Source: an uncultured Planctomycetaceae bacterium
GTDB lineage: Bacteria; Planctomycetota; Planctomycetia; Planctomycetales; Planctomycetaceae
Reading direction: 5' to 3'
Assembly: GCA_963976765.1 (NCBI GenBank)
Contig: CAXBME010000012.1
Location: 124,001-188,000 of the forward strand
Length of the DNA stretch: 64,000 nt
Shown here: positions 33,114 through 46,080 of the stretch, piece after piece
How positions within the stretch are numbered: position 1 is the first letter of the stretch
How the letters are laid out: every line of letters starts with the position of its first letter
The notes under the pieces: model-generated
What the model saw: only the letters and a program-made list of their open reading frames with translations
Database searches by the model: none
What the model was told of the DNA's origin: nothing
Program-made: the position numbers and the translations under genes

Positions 33114-33581
33114 TCAGTGGTCTCCCATCAGCCATTCCATCGCGACGTCGTCATCGGTTTTAGCTTTTGGAGCGTCGATCGGTTCCGGAATTCGCTTTCG
33201 CCGACCGCCGCCGGCCAGACCAGCTTTCTCAAGGAGGCTCTTAGCGAACGGATTGTCCTCTTCCTCTTCAGGACGATCCCCCAGGGCCTGGTAGTTCATC
33301 TCGTACCGATGTTTGGCGACGGTCAATGTGTCGCCAGGAAACACCCATTTCTGATCGCAGCGGGAATCGTTCACTTTGATTCCGTTGGCACTTCCGAGGT
33401 CTCGAACGAACCAGTACCCGTTGATCAGTTCGAGTTCGCAGTGGTGTGAAGAAACGTTTGCAAATCGCAAAGTGATGTCGCAACTCGGGCGACGCCCGAT
33501 CAGCAGCTTCCGTTTCAACAGAGGTATCGGATCTCCGCCTCCGCTGGGGGTCAACTCTCCGTAGAGCTTCGACTCATCCAT
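33114..33581 (-). CDS. Single FHA-domain protein
   Basis: IGRRPSCD...VSSHH...DLGSANG; GAGG RBS upstream of MDESK. Confidence 0.9.
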   Translation of the reverse strand: MDESKLYGELTPSGGGDPIPLLKRKLLIGRRPSCDITLRFANVSSHHCELELINGYWFVRDLGSANGIKVNDSRCDQKWVFPGDTLTVAKHRYEMNYQALGDRPEEEEDNPFAKSLLEKAGLAGGGRRKRIPEPIDAPKAKTDDDVAMEWLMGDH

Positions 33582-33709
33582 CGTTGAAACCCTCTCTAAC
33601 TGGCAATTGTGAAAACAGAGAAAAGTAGAAAAACGACAAGCAGCCGTCAGCAAAAGAAAATCAACTAACGGAAGAATCAGCTTGGTGTGACACGTCATCG
33701 CGAAGGATC

Positions 33710-33725
33710 AGCAACGCGCATGCCG
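33710..33725 (-). promoter_or_regulatory. Candidate sigma-54 (-24/-12) promoter for the FHA gene
   Basis: The minus strand reads CGGCATGCGCGTTGCT: GG-N10-GC with TTGCT, about 130 nt upstream of the start, in a ~500 bp intergenic region. Confidence 0.6.
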
Positions 33726-34088
33726 AGTTCAAAAGAACAATCTGGAACATTCACGAACGAGAGCAATGCTAGATTTGAAGGCCAGGTGCCTCAAGTTTGA
33801 ACAATCCAGTTTGCGGTAACCCGCCCAGACGGTTTGCATCTGGTCGCATCGGTCAACTTCACCGTACCACGGCTGCGGATGAATCTACAGATCGGGTCTC
33901 AAAGATGACCTGTTTCGATCGTCAGAAGACGTGACAAAACGATTTTCACAGCACGCTATACCCGAATCCGGCCAAGTCTTTATGAACTTACTCGTCAAAC
34001 GAAAAAACTGGCCGACGATCTACAGATCACCGGCCAGTTTTCAGCGGTCGTGCCGAATGCTCAAGGACTGAGCGGATTCGAATAACCG

Positions 34089-35297
<1,209 letters not shown>

Positions 35298-35546
35298 GGT
35301 TCACTCAATCTTCTGCGTTCGGAGTTTCTGGGGTCGAAAGGAACGGTATTGTTGGAAAGCCTACAGGCGGTTGCAATCGTGCCACGCCGCCGCCTTTTGC
35401 ACGACCTCAGCCGACCGCCAACGAGTGTCTTGCAGTTGGAAACTTCTGACGAAACACTTTGACGAGCTGTTGTGTCGATTGTCCGCTCTTCTCAATTTAG
35501 TGAAGAGCCCATGATCCTGCCGCATTCCCTCCGAGAAAGTTGCACC

Positions 35547-36302
35547 ATGAAAATTCTGCCGACGACGCTTGCCGCTCTCGCCGTTTGCCTGACATTGCTC
35601 GCCGACGTCCAGGCCGACGAGGCACCGATCAAAATCCTGCTGATCACCGGCGGCTGCTGTCACGATTACGACTTCCAGACCAAGGCCATGCAGAAGGCAC
35701 TGAAGGATCAGGGCATCACTGCCGAGTGGAAGGTCATCAATGAAGGTGGAAAGGGCACGACCGCCGAAATCCCACTCTACGAAAATCCGGAGTGGGCTTA
35801 CGGCTACGACGTCGTTGTTCATAACGAATGTTTCGCCAACACGAGCGACCCGGCTTACATCCGGAAGATCACCGGCCCGCACAAGGCCGGAGTCAACGCG
35901 GTCGTCATTCATTGCGCCATGCACACTTACCGAGCTGCCGACATCGATGACTGGCGCGAGTTTCTCGGCGTCACCAGCAAGCGTCACGACCACCAGGCCA
36001 ATTACCCCGTCAAGGTTGTCGCCAAAGATCATCCGATCATGAAGGATTTTCCGAACGACTATAAGTCCGCGAAAGACGAGCTTTACATTATCGAAAAAGT
36101 CTGGCCGAACACCGAGATTCTCGCGACGTCGATCAGTGAAAAGAATCAATCACTGAACCCGGTTTTCTGGACGAACCGGTACGGCAAAGCTCGTGTCTTC
36201 GGCACGACGTACGGCCACTCGGTCGAAACGTTCGAAGACGCCGTCTTCCTGAAAACTCTGGCTCGCGGTATCAAATGGGCCGCCGAGAACAAGAAAGACT
36301 AA
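35547..36302 (+). CDS. ThuA (trehalose-utilisation-like) domain exported protein
   Basis: Signal peptide; ILLITGGCCHD, IHCA, DELY, YGKARVFGTTYGH, RGIKWAA. Confidence 0.88.
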   Translation: MKILPTTLAALAVCLTLLADVQADEAPIKILLITGGCCHDYDFQTKAMQKALKDQGITAEWKVINEGGKGTTAEIPLYENPEWAYGYDVVVHNECFANTSDPAYIRKITGPHKAGVNAVVIHCAMHTYRAADIDDWREFLGVTSKRHDHQANYPVKVVAKDHPIMKDFPNDYKSAKDELYIIEKVWPNTEILATSISEKNQSLNPVFWTNRYGKARVFGTTYGHSVETFEDAVFLKTLARGIKWAAENKKD

Positions 36303-36314
36303 CCTCAATTGTCC

Positions 36315-36340
36315 GTAGGGTGCGTCAAGACGCCCCCTAC
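36315..36340. repeat. GTAG-type REP hairpin
   Basis: GTAGGGTGCGTC-AA-GACGCCCCCTAC, a 12 bp palindrome with one mismatch, just after the thuA-like stop. Confidence 0.7.
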
Positions 36341-36378
36341 AGTCTGCAGACCTTCCCGCTTTCAGAAACTCCTGCCCA

Positions 36379-37590
36379 GTGAGTCGGCTTTACGATCGAT
36401 CCTTCGCGTGTGCGTTTTTCAGTCAGATTGGTTTCGTTCTGGCGAACACGCTGATGGCCCACTACGCGCGATGGATCAGCTTTCTGGGCGGGGACGTCGA
36501 GCAGGTCGGGTTCATTATGGGAGCCGGCTCAGTCGTCGGCCTCTTTCTTCGACCGTGGATCGGGCAGTGCATTGACCGAATCGGCGCTCGCAATGTCTGG
36601 CTTCTCGGTTATGTCATCTTTGGAATCGGAGCGGCAGCGAATCTCGGTCTCACGGAACTCGGCTTCGGCATTTACTTCTGCCGGTCGCTGCTGATTCTCG
36701 GGGCCGCTTTCGTTTTTTCCAGCAGCCTTGCCTATATCACTCACCATGCACCGCCAGAGCGTCGCACCGAAGCCATTGGAATTCTTGGCGTCGGAGGCTT
36801 TGTCGGGATGATTTTCGGGCCGGTGCTGGGAGATTTGATTCTTGGAGAAACCCGCAGCGCCGAAAACTTTCAGACGCTGTTCACCGTGGCAGTTGCTTCG
36901 CTGGGTATTCCCACGCTGCTGTTATTCTTTCTCGAACCGCCCCCCACCGAAATCCGTCAGTCGACCTCACGACTGACTGATTTTTTCAGGACCGTTGTGC
37001 GTTGCTGGCCGGGTATGATTGTGCTGGTCGTCGCAACGTTTGGCCTGTGCATGACCATTCCGTTCGTTTTCCTGGCAAAGTTCATCGACGAGGTCGGTAT
37101 CTCCATTCCTGGAGTTTCCGAAATGGGGCTCTTTTTTATCTGCTATGCCGGCTGGGGACTGACCGTTCGGATTTCGTCCCGTAAGATTCCCGATCGTTTG
37201 GGCCGTCGAAAGATGCTGCTTGTTGGTTGCGTGGTTATGGGCTCGGGGATGTTCCTGTTTCCGTGGGTCGATGCCGAACATCCCTGGAGACTTGCCGCCC
37301 CCGCCCTGCTCTGCGGCACCGGTCACTCGCTGATGTTTCACACGGCGACGTCCCTGTTCCTGCATACGTTTCCGTCGGAAGTTCGTGGCGCGGGTTCGGC
37401 TTTGTCGCTGATGGTGCTTGACCTTGGCATGATCGCCGGCGCGCCGATACTTGGTTATGTCGCGTTTCGCTTTGGCTATGACTGGCTGTTCCGTTCTGTT
37501 GGCGCGACGTGTATTGCGTCCGGAACGCTCTACGCCATTTCGAGTATTCCAGTCTGGAAAGCTCGTTCGCTGGCTGCGGCAAGGCCGTGA
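36379..37590 (+). CDS. MFS transporter
   Basis: About 12 hydrophobic segments; motif A-like [10 protein letters not shown] and PDRLGRRK. Confidence 0.9.
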   Translation: MSRLYDRSFACAFFSQIGFVLANTLMAHYARWISFLGGDVEQVGFIMGAGSVVGLFLRPWIGQCIDRIGARNVWLLGYVIFGIGAAANLGLTELGFGIYFCRSLLILGAAFVFSSSLAYITHHAPPERRTEAIGILGVGGFVGMIFGPVLGDLILGETRSAENFQTLFTVAVASLGIPTLLLFFLEPPPTEIRQSTSRLTDFFRTVVRCWPGMIVLVVATFGLCMTIPFVFLAKFIDEVGISIPGVSEMGLFFICYAGWGLTVRISSRKIPDRLGRRKMLLVGCVVMGSGMFLFPWVDAEHPWRLAAPALLCGTGHSLMFHTATSLFLHTFPSEVRGAGSALSLMVLDLGMIAGAPILGYVAFRFGYDWLFRSVGATCIASGTLYAISSIPVWKARSLAAARP

Positions 37591-37753
37591 TTTTCGACGC
37601 AGGCTGGAACAGGCTCCAGCCTGTTTTCTGGCAGGCAATCGGCGGCACACTTCGATACTCTTCCCGGCTACAGTCAGCCAGCCACAACCTGCAATTCGGA
37701 GTGGCTGGTTCGAATCGTTTGAGGAGTCAGCGAAATTCTGTCGGAGAACACTC

Positions 37754-38578
37754 GTGCTTGGACTTGCCGTAAAGATTGATGAAGCTGCCGCTTCGATTCG
37801 CGAAACCTGGAAAGGCGAGCCGCGTGTCGGGCTAATCCTTGGGACGGGACTTGGCGGACTCGCCAGCCAGATCGAGCAGGAAGCCGTCATTCCGTATGGC
37901 GACATTCCTCATTTTCCGACATCGACGGTAGAGTCACATGCCGGGCAACTGGTTTGTGGAAATCTTGCCGGAGTTTCGATCGTCGCGATGGAAGGCCGCT
38001 TCCATTACTACGAAGGTTACTCGATGCAGCAGGTGACGTTCCCGGTTCGCGTCATGAAGGCTCTGGGGATCGAAATCCTGATCGTCACCAACGCTGCCGG
38101 AGGGATGAATCCTCAGCACGAGCTCGGCGACCTGATGATCATCGAAGATCACATCAACCTGCTCGGTGACAACCCGCTGATCGGCGTGAACGATGACAAC
38201 CTGGGCACTCGCTTCCCGGATATGTGCGAGCCGTACGACCGTGGCTTAATCGGGCTGGCCAGAACAACTGCTCTGGAGCTTGGCCTGAAAACTCAGCAGG
38301 GAGTGTTTGTCGCGGTCGCCGGGCCGAATCTGGAAACTCGCGCCGAATACCGCATGCTGAGGCTGATTGGAGCGGACTGTGTCGGGATGTCGACCGTTCC
38401 CGAATGTATCGTCGCCAAACATGCCGGGCTGCGGACGCTGGGAATCTCAATCGTTACCGACATGTGCCTGCCGGATTCGCTCGAACCGGTTGATCTTCCG
38501 AAGATTCTGAAAGTCGCCGCGATCGGAGGAGAGCGCCTGTCTCAATTGATTCCAGAAGTCCTGAAAAAACTCAAATGA
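37754..38578 (+). CDS. punA: Purine-nucleoside phosphorylase (trimeric type)
   Basis: [54 protein letters not shown] before the GTG. Confidence 0.93.
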   Translation: MLGLAVKIDEAAASIRETWKGEPRVGLILGTGLGGLASQIEQEAVIPYGDIPHFPTSTVESHAGQLVCGNLAGVSIVAMEGRFHYYEGYSMQQVTFPVRVMKALGIEILIVTNAAGGMNPQHELGDLMIIEDHINLLGDNPLIGVNDDNLGTRFPDMCEPYDRGLIGLARTTALELGLKTQQGVFVAVAGPNLETRAEYRMLRLIGADCVGMSTVPECIVAKHAGLRTLGISIVTDMCLPDSLEPVDLPKILKVAAIGGERLSQLIPEVLKKLK

Positions 38579-38748
38579 CCGAATCGTCAGGATCGGCAAG
38601 TTCCGGTTGCAGAACCGCTCCTCGACTGGCGGCAGACTGCTCGCTGTACTGGATGTTGCCGACTTGATTGCAGTACCATTCCGGGCTCTGCCGTCGGCGC
38701 ATGTTTGAGCCGGTGGCCGTTGAACTTTCACATGCAGCAGGACTTCGC

Positions 38749-39189
38749 ATGGCCGACCAGACAAAGATTGTACTGATCGAAGACGACCGCGAGATCTCCA
38801 CGACACTTCAGCGAGTGCTCGAAGCTGCTGGCTACACGCTGGCTGTGGCAAATAACGGACAGGACGGTCGACGGCAGATCGAATCCTTCGGCCCGGAACT
38901 CGTCATCACCGACATGATGATGCCAAAGATGGGCGGATTTCCGGTTCTTGAGTTTCTCAAGGAAATGCCCGACGAAACTCGGCCAAAGGTCATCATGGTC
39001 ACGGCGAACGAGGGTGGACGTCACAAGGCGTACGCGGAAATGCTCGGCGTCGACGATTACATTCGCAAACCTTTCGCGATGGACGTTCTGCTGGATGCGA
39101 TCGAGCGAATTCTCGGCAAGCCAGCCCCCACGCCGAAACGGAAGCCGAAAGCTCCCGGCGGCCAGGGGCCGATTCAGCGCCGATCTTAG
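38749..39189 (+). CDS. Single-domain response regulator
   Basis: IEDD, ITDMMMP, MVT, RKPF; basic Pro-rich tail. Confidence 0.9.
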   Translation: MADQTKIVLIEDDREISTTLQRVLEAAGYTLAVANNGQDGRRQIESFGPELVITDMMMPKMGGFPVLEFLKEMPDETRPKVIMVTANEGGRHKAYAEMLGVDDYIRKPFAMDVLLDAIERILGKPAPTPKRKPKAPGGQGPIQRRS

Positions 39190-39316
39190 AATCAGGGGCC
39201 GATCGACAATCGGCCAGACCAATCATCGCCGTGTCCTGCACGATTGACAGCAAATGACGCTGTGAACGAGCGATCGAAACCCGATCTTCGCCACTGATTG
39301 CGAAAAGGAGTTGGTC

Positions 39317-42169
39317 ATGTTTGATGATGGACGCCAGCAAGAATTCTGGTCGCCACAATACTTTCGCACTGCGATGCGGCGACCACGCGGCGGGTTCTCG
39401 GTCGTCATTGCTTGTCTGCTCTCAGCTGTGTTCGTCGCCGGCGACTGCCATGCTCAGGCACCGGTCGAATTCAAAGGTCACCAGGAAGTTGTCTACGACG
39501 CAAAGTTCCTGCCGGACGGCAAGTCGCTCGTCACTGCCAGCTTTGATCAAACCCTGAAATTGTGGGATGTCGCCACTCAGTCGACGCTGCGGACGATGGA
39601 AGGTCACACCGGAATTGTCCTGACCGTTGACGTTTCTCCGGACGGAAAACTGATCGCATCGGGGGGCAGTGACCGTACGATTCGCTTGTGGGACGTGCCG
39701 AACAGCGATTCGATTTCGACGATCAACGTCCATGACACGGCGGTCACGGCGATGGCTGCTTCGAAAGATGGATCTTTGACCGCGACGGGCGACGACAAAG
39801 GACTGATCCGAGTCTGGCAGAACGCCAGCAGCGGAGCGGCCTCATCGGACACACCGCCGGCTCGACCTGCGTCGACAAGAGAGATCGCCATCGGTCGAGC
39901 AATCTCCCGAATTGCCTGGCGAAATGACAATCGGCAACTGGCGGCAGGTTGCGTTGATGGCTCCATCATTGTGGTGAGCCTCGCCAATGACGGTTCTTCA
40001 GAAACAGAACGTCTGCTCGCGCACGACGGTGAGGTAACGGGTTTAGGTTTTACACCGAACAACCAGTCGATCTTCAGTTGCGGTGAGGACGGCTACGTTC
40101 GCCGCTGGCCGACCACGATTCCTCAGACCTTGAAATTCGACGGACTTTCAAAAGCGGCTACCGCAGTCGCTATTGCTCCAAACGGGGCGTTGATCGCTGT
40201 TGTGGGTGAAGACGGGGCTGGGAAAATCCTCAAGCGGGCTGACGGCGCAGTCGTTCACACTCTTGAAGGCCATGCCGGATCGATCACCGGAGTCTCGTTT
40301 AACCGGGCGGGAAGTCAGGTTGCGACTCTGGACTCGGATCAGGTTGTCAGAGTTTTCGACGTGTCAACGGGTAAGTCTGTTCTTGAGACCACGCCCGCGA
40401 AATCTCCCCTGACCGCAGTTCTGTTCTCTGCCGATGGGAAGGACGTCATTGTCGGCACCGAACGCGGCGACGTTCTGGCCCATGCTTTGGCCCAGCCATC
40501 CCGATTCCGTTCACTGAGCAAACGCCCGAAATCTGTTAGAGCCGTGGCCACGACATCCGACGGCTCTCACTTCTTATTTGCAGGAGACGACCAGCGACTT
40601 TGGATTCGCGACTCGTCGACGGAAAAGACCGAACGCGGTGTCGATTTTGACACCGCCGTAACGGCAATCGTGATCTCCTCTGATAACTCAACTTTCGCGG
40701 TCGGACTTGCGTCAGGAGCGATCGTCACCGTTGACGCAAAAAGTCTTGAGCAGACGGGAATCCTCAGCGGCCACACGACGCCTGTCCGAAGAGTTGCGTT
40801 CAACATTGCCGGAACACAGCTGGCTTCGACCTCGACGGACGGCGTCGCTCGACTGTGGGATCTGAAAGCTCAGGCGGTGGCTCAATCATTTGACGACAAA
40901 AGTAATCCGATTATCGACGTGGCTTTTCAAAATGACAATAAGTCCATCGTCACTGCCCACGCTGATGGAAATGTGCTTGTTGAGACAATCGTTGCTCAAG
41001 TTGTCCATCGAGCTGACGACGGACGCGTCAATGATTTATCGATTGCGTCAAACGGCTCTCAATATGCGACCGCCGGAGCAGATGGAACGGTCAAACTGTG
41101 GAACGCCTCGAACAGCTCGCCCATCCGCAGTTTTTCAGGACTGGAAGGTGGAGCTCTGTGCGTGAGCCTGAGCGCGGACAACCGACAGATCGCCGCTGGC
41201 GGAAGCGATAAAACAGTCCGCACGTGGAACGTTGGCAACTCGTCCGGTCACTTCCGGTTGAACGTTCCTGTTGAAGCTCACCGAGTCAGCTACAGCCCCG
41301 ATTCGTCGCGACTGGTGGCTGCACTTTCTGACAACACGCTTCAGTGTTTCGACCCAACGCCGTTGAATCCTCAGCCCGCCGAACCGCCTGCCCGCGATGC
41401 GTCGCAGCTTCTGCGAGGCCATACCGGACTGATTGGAGACATGGCCTGGGCACCCGACAGCCAGACACTGCAAAGCAGCAGTGCCGACATGACACTTCGG
41501 CAATGGTCGATCGCATCGCCGAAGGAAAAGAACAGACTCTCAGGACACTCGCAGGATGTCTACTCCGTCGTGTTCAGCCCGGACGGAGAAACGCTGGTGA
41601 CCGGGTCTGCGGATAAGACTATTCGAATCTGGAATCTCGAAACCGGCAAAGTAATCAAGACGCTCGCGACGTTCCCGGCTGCCGTCTACGGACTGGATTT
41701 TTCAACGGACGGAAAACAGATTGCCATCGCCGGAGCAGACAACACGGTGCGAATCCTGAACGTTGACGACGGTCGCGAAATCAGACAGTTCACCGGTCCA
41801 ACGCACGCCGTTTACACCGTGGCGTTCAGCCCGGACGACAGTCAAATCGCCGCCGCAGGGATGGGCCTTGGCTCTGAACGAACTATTTATCTCTGGTCAA
41901 CCAGTTCCAGTGAACCGACAGCTGTGTTGCCCGGACACTCCGACGACATCTATCGAACACAGTTCAATCCTGCGGGTTCTCGATTGGCGTCAATCGGGTA
42001 TTCTGGTTCTCTGCGAATCTGGGATGTCGCGAGTGGCCAACCGCTTCTGGAAAGTGATCTGGGTGTCGTCAGTTACTCGGTGAATTATGCACCAGATGGT
42101 TCGAAAGTCGTTGTCACGTCGAATGACCGGACAGCGCGGCTGATCTCAATCCCTGATTCAGCGAAGTAG
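39317..42169 (+). CDS. Exported multi-propeller WD40-repeat protein
   Basis: Many GH...FSPDG...TxRxW repeats; hydrophobic N-terminal segment ending CHA/QA; start codon uncertain (39317 or 39374). Confidence 0.92.
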   Translation: MFDDGRQQEFWSPQYFRTAMRRPRGGFSVVIACLLSAVFVAGDCHAQAPVEFKGHQEVVYDAKFLPDGKSLVTASFDQTLKLWDVATQSTLRTMEGHTGIVLTVDVSPDGKLIASGGSDRTIRLWDVPNSDSISTINVHDTAVTAMAASKDGSLTATGDDKGLIRVWQNASSGAASSDTPPARPASTREIAIGRAISRIAWRNDNRQLAAGCVDGSIIVVSLANDGSSETERLLAHDGEVTGLGFTPNNQSIFSCGEDGYVRRWPTTIPQTLKFDGLSKAATAVAIAPNGALIAVVGEDGAGKILKRADGAVVHTLEGHAGSITGVSFNRAGSQVATLDSDQVVRVFDVSTGKSVLETTPAKSPLTAVLFSADGKDVIVGTERGDVLAHALAQPSRFRSLSKRPKSVRAVATTSDGSHFLFAGDDQRLWIRDSSTEKTERGVDFDTAVTAIVISSDNSTFAVGLASGAIVTVDAKSLEQTGILSGHTTPVRRVAFNIAGTQLASTSTDGVARLWDLKAQAVAQSFDDKSNPIIDVAFQNDNKSIVTAHADGNVLVETIVAQVVHRADDGRVNDLSIASNGSQYATAGADGTVKLWNASNSSPIRSFSGLEGGALCVSLSADNRQIAAGGSDKTVRTWNVGNSSGHFRLNVPVEAHRVSYSPDSSRLVAALSDNTLQCFDPTPLNPQPAEPPARDASQLLRGHTGLIGDMAWAPDSQTLQSSSADMTLRQWSIASPKEKNRLSGHSQDVYSVVFSPDGETLVTGSADKTIRIWNLETGKVIKTLATFPAAVYGLDFSTDGKQIAIAGADNTVRILNVDDGREIRQFTGPTHAVYTVAFSPDDSQIAAAGMGLGSERTIYLWSTSSSEPTAVLPGHSDDIYRTQFNPAGSRLASIGYSGSLRIWDVASGQPLLESDLGVVSYSVNYAPDGSKVVVTSNDRTARLISIPDSAK

Positions 42170-42222
42170 ATCAGTTCAATAAGTTTCACCAGAGCAATCT
42201 CAGCAAGCAACAGGATCAAGTC

Positions 42223-42417
42223 ATGACGGGGTACACAGTCCACACCGGAGCATCCAAAAAGTTCACGGAAGGATGGGACAATATTTTCGAAAAGAAGAAG
42301 CCGGTCCCAAAAGCGGGCACTAAGGAAAAGCCTCTAAAGAAGACCGAAACTGACGCCAAAGTCAGTTCGAAAGACGGCGTGAAAAAGAAAAAGAACAAAA
42401 AGAAGAAAAAGAGCTGA
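42223..42417 (+). CDS. Small lysine-rich hypothetical protein
   Basis: AGGA RBS; MTGYTVHTG...FTEGWDNIF followed by a poly-Lys tail; fills the gap between same-strand genes. Confidence 0.65.
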   Translation: MTGYTVHTGASKKFTEGWDNIFEKKKPVPKAGTKEKPLKKTETDAKVSSKDGVKKKKNKKKKKS

Positions 42418-42448
42418 GCGAACACGGTCGCTTTGACAGGCCAGACAG

Positions 42449-44398
42449 ATGCCCACGTCCTCACATCTTTCAGGAGTTGTCCGCAACGGGCTGGCATGGC
42501 AACTCCTGCAGACAATGCCGGAAGCCTCGTTTCTGATTGACCGGGAATCACTTACGATTCTCGCAACTAATCAGGCCGCGGAGGAACTGACCGGCCAGCA
42601 AGGTGACGACCTGCTCAATCTGTCCCTGAATGAGTTTTTTACAACGTCTGCGAGCAGCGATCTTTCAGTAGATCTGCTCGATGCTGTCGCGCCGCCCGGC
42701 GAATCAACGAGACTCTCACTTTGTTGCAGAGCCGACCTCGACCAGTTTCAACCATTGGAACTGAGCAGCCGGTCGCTTGAGTCGGAGGGCCAGTCTCTGG
42801 CTCTGGTCACCGTCCGACCGCCCTCGTCGATCAGTGACGAGACTCCGCACGAACAGCTCGTACAGAGTCAGGAATGCGTCCAGCAAGTCTTCGACGAATC
42901 TTTGATTGCACAGTTCGAATCGGAAAAGCGGCAGTCGGCTTTTGAAAGCCACCCGGACGCCCTGCTCCGCATTTCCTCCAGGGGTGCAATTCTTGAAAGC
43001 TACAGCGATAACGGGCTCACCAAATATCTGCGTCTTTCTGAAACGCCTTGCAACCAGATACTGTGGCAACTACTCCCTTGCGAATATGCCGACCAGATCC
43101 GCAACGCGATTGAACATGTCGCCGCCGGGAACCGACAGAGGACCATTCCATTTTCTGTTGAGCGACAGGACGATCACCGCGAATTTGAGATCCGATTCTT
43201 ACCGTTGCCGTCAACTGTCGAGCAAATCGCCATTATCCGTGACGTAACACAGCTCAAACAGACTGAACGCAAACTAATTTATGCGAGTGAGCAGTTTCGA
43301 TATCTGTTTGAACATTCTCCGGACGCGATTTTCGTCGAGACACCCGACGGCATCGTACTGGATGCCAACCAGGCGGCCTGCGAGCTGCACAGAATTTCCC
43401 GCGGAGAGTTGATTGGGAAGAATGTGCTGTCACTCGTTCCGCCCGAAGATCGACCAGTTGTTTCGGTCCGGTCTGGCGCGCTGGCGACTGGCGCCATTTC
43501 GGAATTCGAATCCCGCAGTCTGCGAAGCGACGGCAAAGCAATTCCCATTGGCGTTCGCATTTCAACGATCACTTATCACGGTAACCCGGCCGTGCTGCTT
43601 CATGTGCGAGACATCACTCAACAGAAAAAGGATGAGATTCGAAAACGTGAGCACGATCGACAGCTCGCCCATGTTTCACGTCTGACAATGATGGGACAGC
43701 TTGTCGCCGGAATTGCTCATGAGCTCCGTCAACCGCTGTGGTCACTCAGCACTTTTGCAGATGTCTGTGCGGAATCTCTAAGTCGCCCGGACTGTGCAAA
43801 GCGACTTCCGAAGATTCGTGAAGTTGCCAACAAAGTGGTTTTAGAAGCGCGCCGAGCGAACGCAATTACGACGCGAATGTTCGCGTTCGCAAGAAACGGG
43901 ATTCCAGAACGCACGACGTGTGACATCACAGCAATTGCCAGGGACGCAATGGAACTCACGGCTGGTCATGCAAATGCAAGCCGCATCCGGACGATTCTTC
44001 GCCCAGACAGAAATCTTCCATTCATCAACTGTGACCGGGTTTTGATTGAGCAGACTTTTGCAAACATACTGAATAACGCCTATACGGCTCTTTCTGTCCA
44101 CACCTCGGATAATCGAGAGGTAACGGTCGAAGTCTCGTGCGACGAAGATGAACGCGATTATGTGACCGTCATGGTGCGTGACAACGGTCCCGGACTGCCA
44201 GAAAACGTCGTCGCTGAACAGTTATTCGAAGGTTTCTTCACAACTGGACAGGCTGGCCTGGGCATCGGACTGGCACTCTGCCGCTCATTTGTCGAAGATC
44301 ATGGAGGAGTTATCTGGGCTGAACAGCTACCGGCGGGCGGAATGGAGTTTGTTTTTACGTTGCGAGTCGATGGAGGAAGACACGCGAATGCAGACTGA
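42449..44398 (+). CDS. Cytoplasmic PAS-domain sensor histidine kinase
   Basis: Three PAS-like segments, IAHELRQPL H-box, NILNNA, DNGPG, GLGIGL. Confidence 0.93.
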   Translation: MPTSSHLSGVVRNGLAWQLLQTMPEASFLIDRESLTILATNQAAEELTGQQGDDLLNLSLNEFFTTSASSDLSVDLLDAVAPPGESTRLSLCCRADLDQFQPLELSSRSLESEGQSLALVTVRPPSSISDETPHEQLVQSQECVQQVFDESLIAQFESEKRQSAFESHPDALLRISSRGAILESYSDNGLTKYLRLSETPCNQILWQLLPCEYADQIRNAIEHVAAGNRQRTIPFSVERQDDHREFEIRFLPLPSTVEQIAIIRDVTQLKQTERKLIYASEQFRYLFEHSPDAIFVETPDGIVLDANQAACELHRISRGELIGKNVLSLVPPEDRPVVSVRSGALATGAISEFESRSLRSDGKAIPIGVRISTITYHGNPAVLLHVRDITQQKKDEIRKREHDRQLAHVSRLTMMGQLVAGIAHELRQPLWSLSTFADVCAESLSRPDCAKRLPKIREVANKVVLEARRANAITTRMFAFARNGIPERTTCDITAIARDAMELTAGHANASRIRTILRPDRNLPFINCDRVLIEQTFANILNNAYTALSVHTSDNREVTVEVSCDEDERDYVTVMVRDNGPGLPENVVAEQLFEGFFTTGQAGLGIGLALCRSFVEDHGGVIWAEQLPAGGMEFVFTLRVDGGRHANAD

Positions 44399-45068
44399 TC
44401 CGTTACTTGACAAACAAACTGTCTACGTCATCGACGACGATAAAGCGGTGCGGGAATCGATCGCCGCTCTTGTAGACATTCGTGGACTTCCTGTTGAGAC
44501 ATACTCCTGTGCCGAGGACTTTCTGGCGGCCTATTCCGGCGTGGCGCCTGGATGCGTCATTACCGATCTCAGAATTGAGCACGGCATGACCGGTCTTGAG
44601 TTACAGGTTGCCCTGCGTGAGCGTGGCTTCGAAATCCCTGTCATCATCATTTCAGCTTACGCCAATGTTTCCAATGCGGTGCAGGCAATGCACAACGGTG
44701 CCATCACTCTTCTGGAAAAGAACTGCTCCACTGACGAACTCTGGAAAGCCATCATCGAAGCCCTGGCAACGGACAGTGATCGTCGAGCCGCGATCCAGCA
44801 CAACAAGCATCTGCTTGAACGGTTTCAAACGCTTAAGCCTGAAGAGCTCGTCGTCATGCTGGGAGTCATCGACGGGCAACTCAATAAGGTCATTGCGAAA
44901 GACCTGTCGATCAGTCTGAGGACGGTCGAGTCCCGCCGTCACAACGTGCTTGAAAAGGTCGGCGTTTCGTCAGTGCCTGAACTCGTGCGACTTTACTTCG
45001 AACTGGAACAGGTTCTGGGACAACCGCCTTACAACTACCTGTTGGCTCAGGCAGATTCTCAGCAGTAA
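44388..45068 (+). CDS. FixJ/LuxR-type response regulator
   Basis: [36 protein letters not shown]; overlaps the kinase stop. Confidence 0.92.
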   Translation: MQTDPLLDKQTVYVIDDDKAVRESIAALVDIRGLPVETYSCAEDFLAAYSGVAPGCVITDLRIEHGMTGLELQVALRERGFEIPVIIISAYANVSNAVQAMHNGAITLLEKNCSTDELWKAIIEALATDSDRRAAIQHNKHLLERFQTLKPEELVVMLGVIDGQLNKVIAKDLSISLRTVESRRHNVLEKVGVSSVPELVRLYFELEQVLGQPPYNYLLAQADSQQ

Positions 45069-45135
45069 TCAAAGTTCGCTGATCTCTCATTCGAGTGGCT
45101 TTTCCCACTGCCGTTTCGCCGTAACAATCCGCGGC

Positions 45136-46080
45136 ATGAACCATTACACCGACAGACTGCACGCAGCAATCGCCAACCGAAAGACTCCCGCTTTGGTGGG
45201 GCTCGATCCGCGGCTTGACCTGCTTCCGGATTCGATAGTAGCTGCAGCCCGTAATCGCACATCAACGGAGGCAGCCGCAGCAGCCAGTGCCTTCGATGAA
45301 TTCTGTTCTCGAATCATCGACATCGTGGCGCCGCTGGTTCCAGCCGTGAAGCCTCAGGCAGCATTCTTTGAACAGTTTGGACCAGCAGGCTGCCAGGCTC
45401 TTCAAACGGTGATGCGGAAGGCTCGAGACGCCGGTTTGATCGTGATTTGTGATGCCAAACGCGGAGACATCGGATCAACGGCCGAGGCCTATGCAAACGC
45501 CTATCTGGCTGGACACGACCCTGACGCTGCCATCTGGGCAGCGGACGCTCTAACTGTGAATCCGTATCTGGGCAAGGACACGCTCGAACCATTCGTTCGC
45601 GTCGCGACGGAACGAGGCGCCGGGCTGTACGTCCTCGTCCGCACGAGCAACCCTGGCGCAGCCACTTTCCAGGATCGTAAAACGGACGGCCAGAAACTCT
45701 ATCAGCGCGTTGCCGACGTTGTTGAAAGTTTCAACGTAGAAGCGACCGGTGACTGCGGATACGGACCGATCGGCGCCGTAGTCGGAGCCACCTACCCCGC
45801 AGAACTGACGGAATTGCGGGCGGCGATGCCGAAAACACCACTCCTGGTGCCCGGTTTCGGTTCTCAGGGGGCGGGCGCTTCGGAAGTGGCTGGCGGGTTC
45901 GACACGAACGGATTCGGCGCCTTGATCAACAGTTCGCGCGGGATCAACTTTGCGTTCAGAAACAAAAAATACAGTGACCAGTTTGCGCCCGACGAATGGG
46001 AGCAGGCCGTCGAAGCAGCAACTCACGACATGATCAGGGAACTGGCTGACAGCACTCCAGCAGGGAACCTTCAGGCGTAG
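45136..46080 (+). CDS. pyrF: Orotidine-5'-phosphate decarboxylase
   Basis: [49 protein letters not shown]. Confidence 0.96.
   Translation: MNHYTDRLHAAIANRKTPALVGLDPRLDLLPDSIVAAARNRTSTEAAAAASAFDEFCSRIIDIVAPLVPAVKPQAAFFEQFGPAGCQALQTVMRKARDAGLIVICDAKRGDIGSTAEAYANAYLAGHDPDAAIWAADALTVNPYLGKDTLEPFVRVATERGAGLYVLVRTSNPGAATFQDRKTDGQKLYQRVADVVESFNVEATGDCGYGPIGAVVGATYPAELTELRAAMPKTPLLVPGFGSQGAGASEVAGGFDTNGFGALINSSRGINFAFRNKKYSDQFAPDEWEQAVEAATHDMIRELADSTPAGNLQA

Noticed and set aside
37451..37753. N-terminal extension of the PNP ORF (also similar extensions of pyrF, the FixJ-like gene, flp and icd in the ORF track)
   Set aside because: The extensions overlap upstream genes or look non-protein-like; downstream starts match the expected family lengths, several with an RBS.
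35361..37905. Long minus-strand ORFs (262 aa and 312 aa)
   Set aside because: They overlap the ThuA-like, MFS and PNP genes on the opposite strand and have no motifs.
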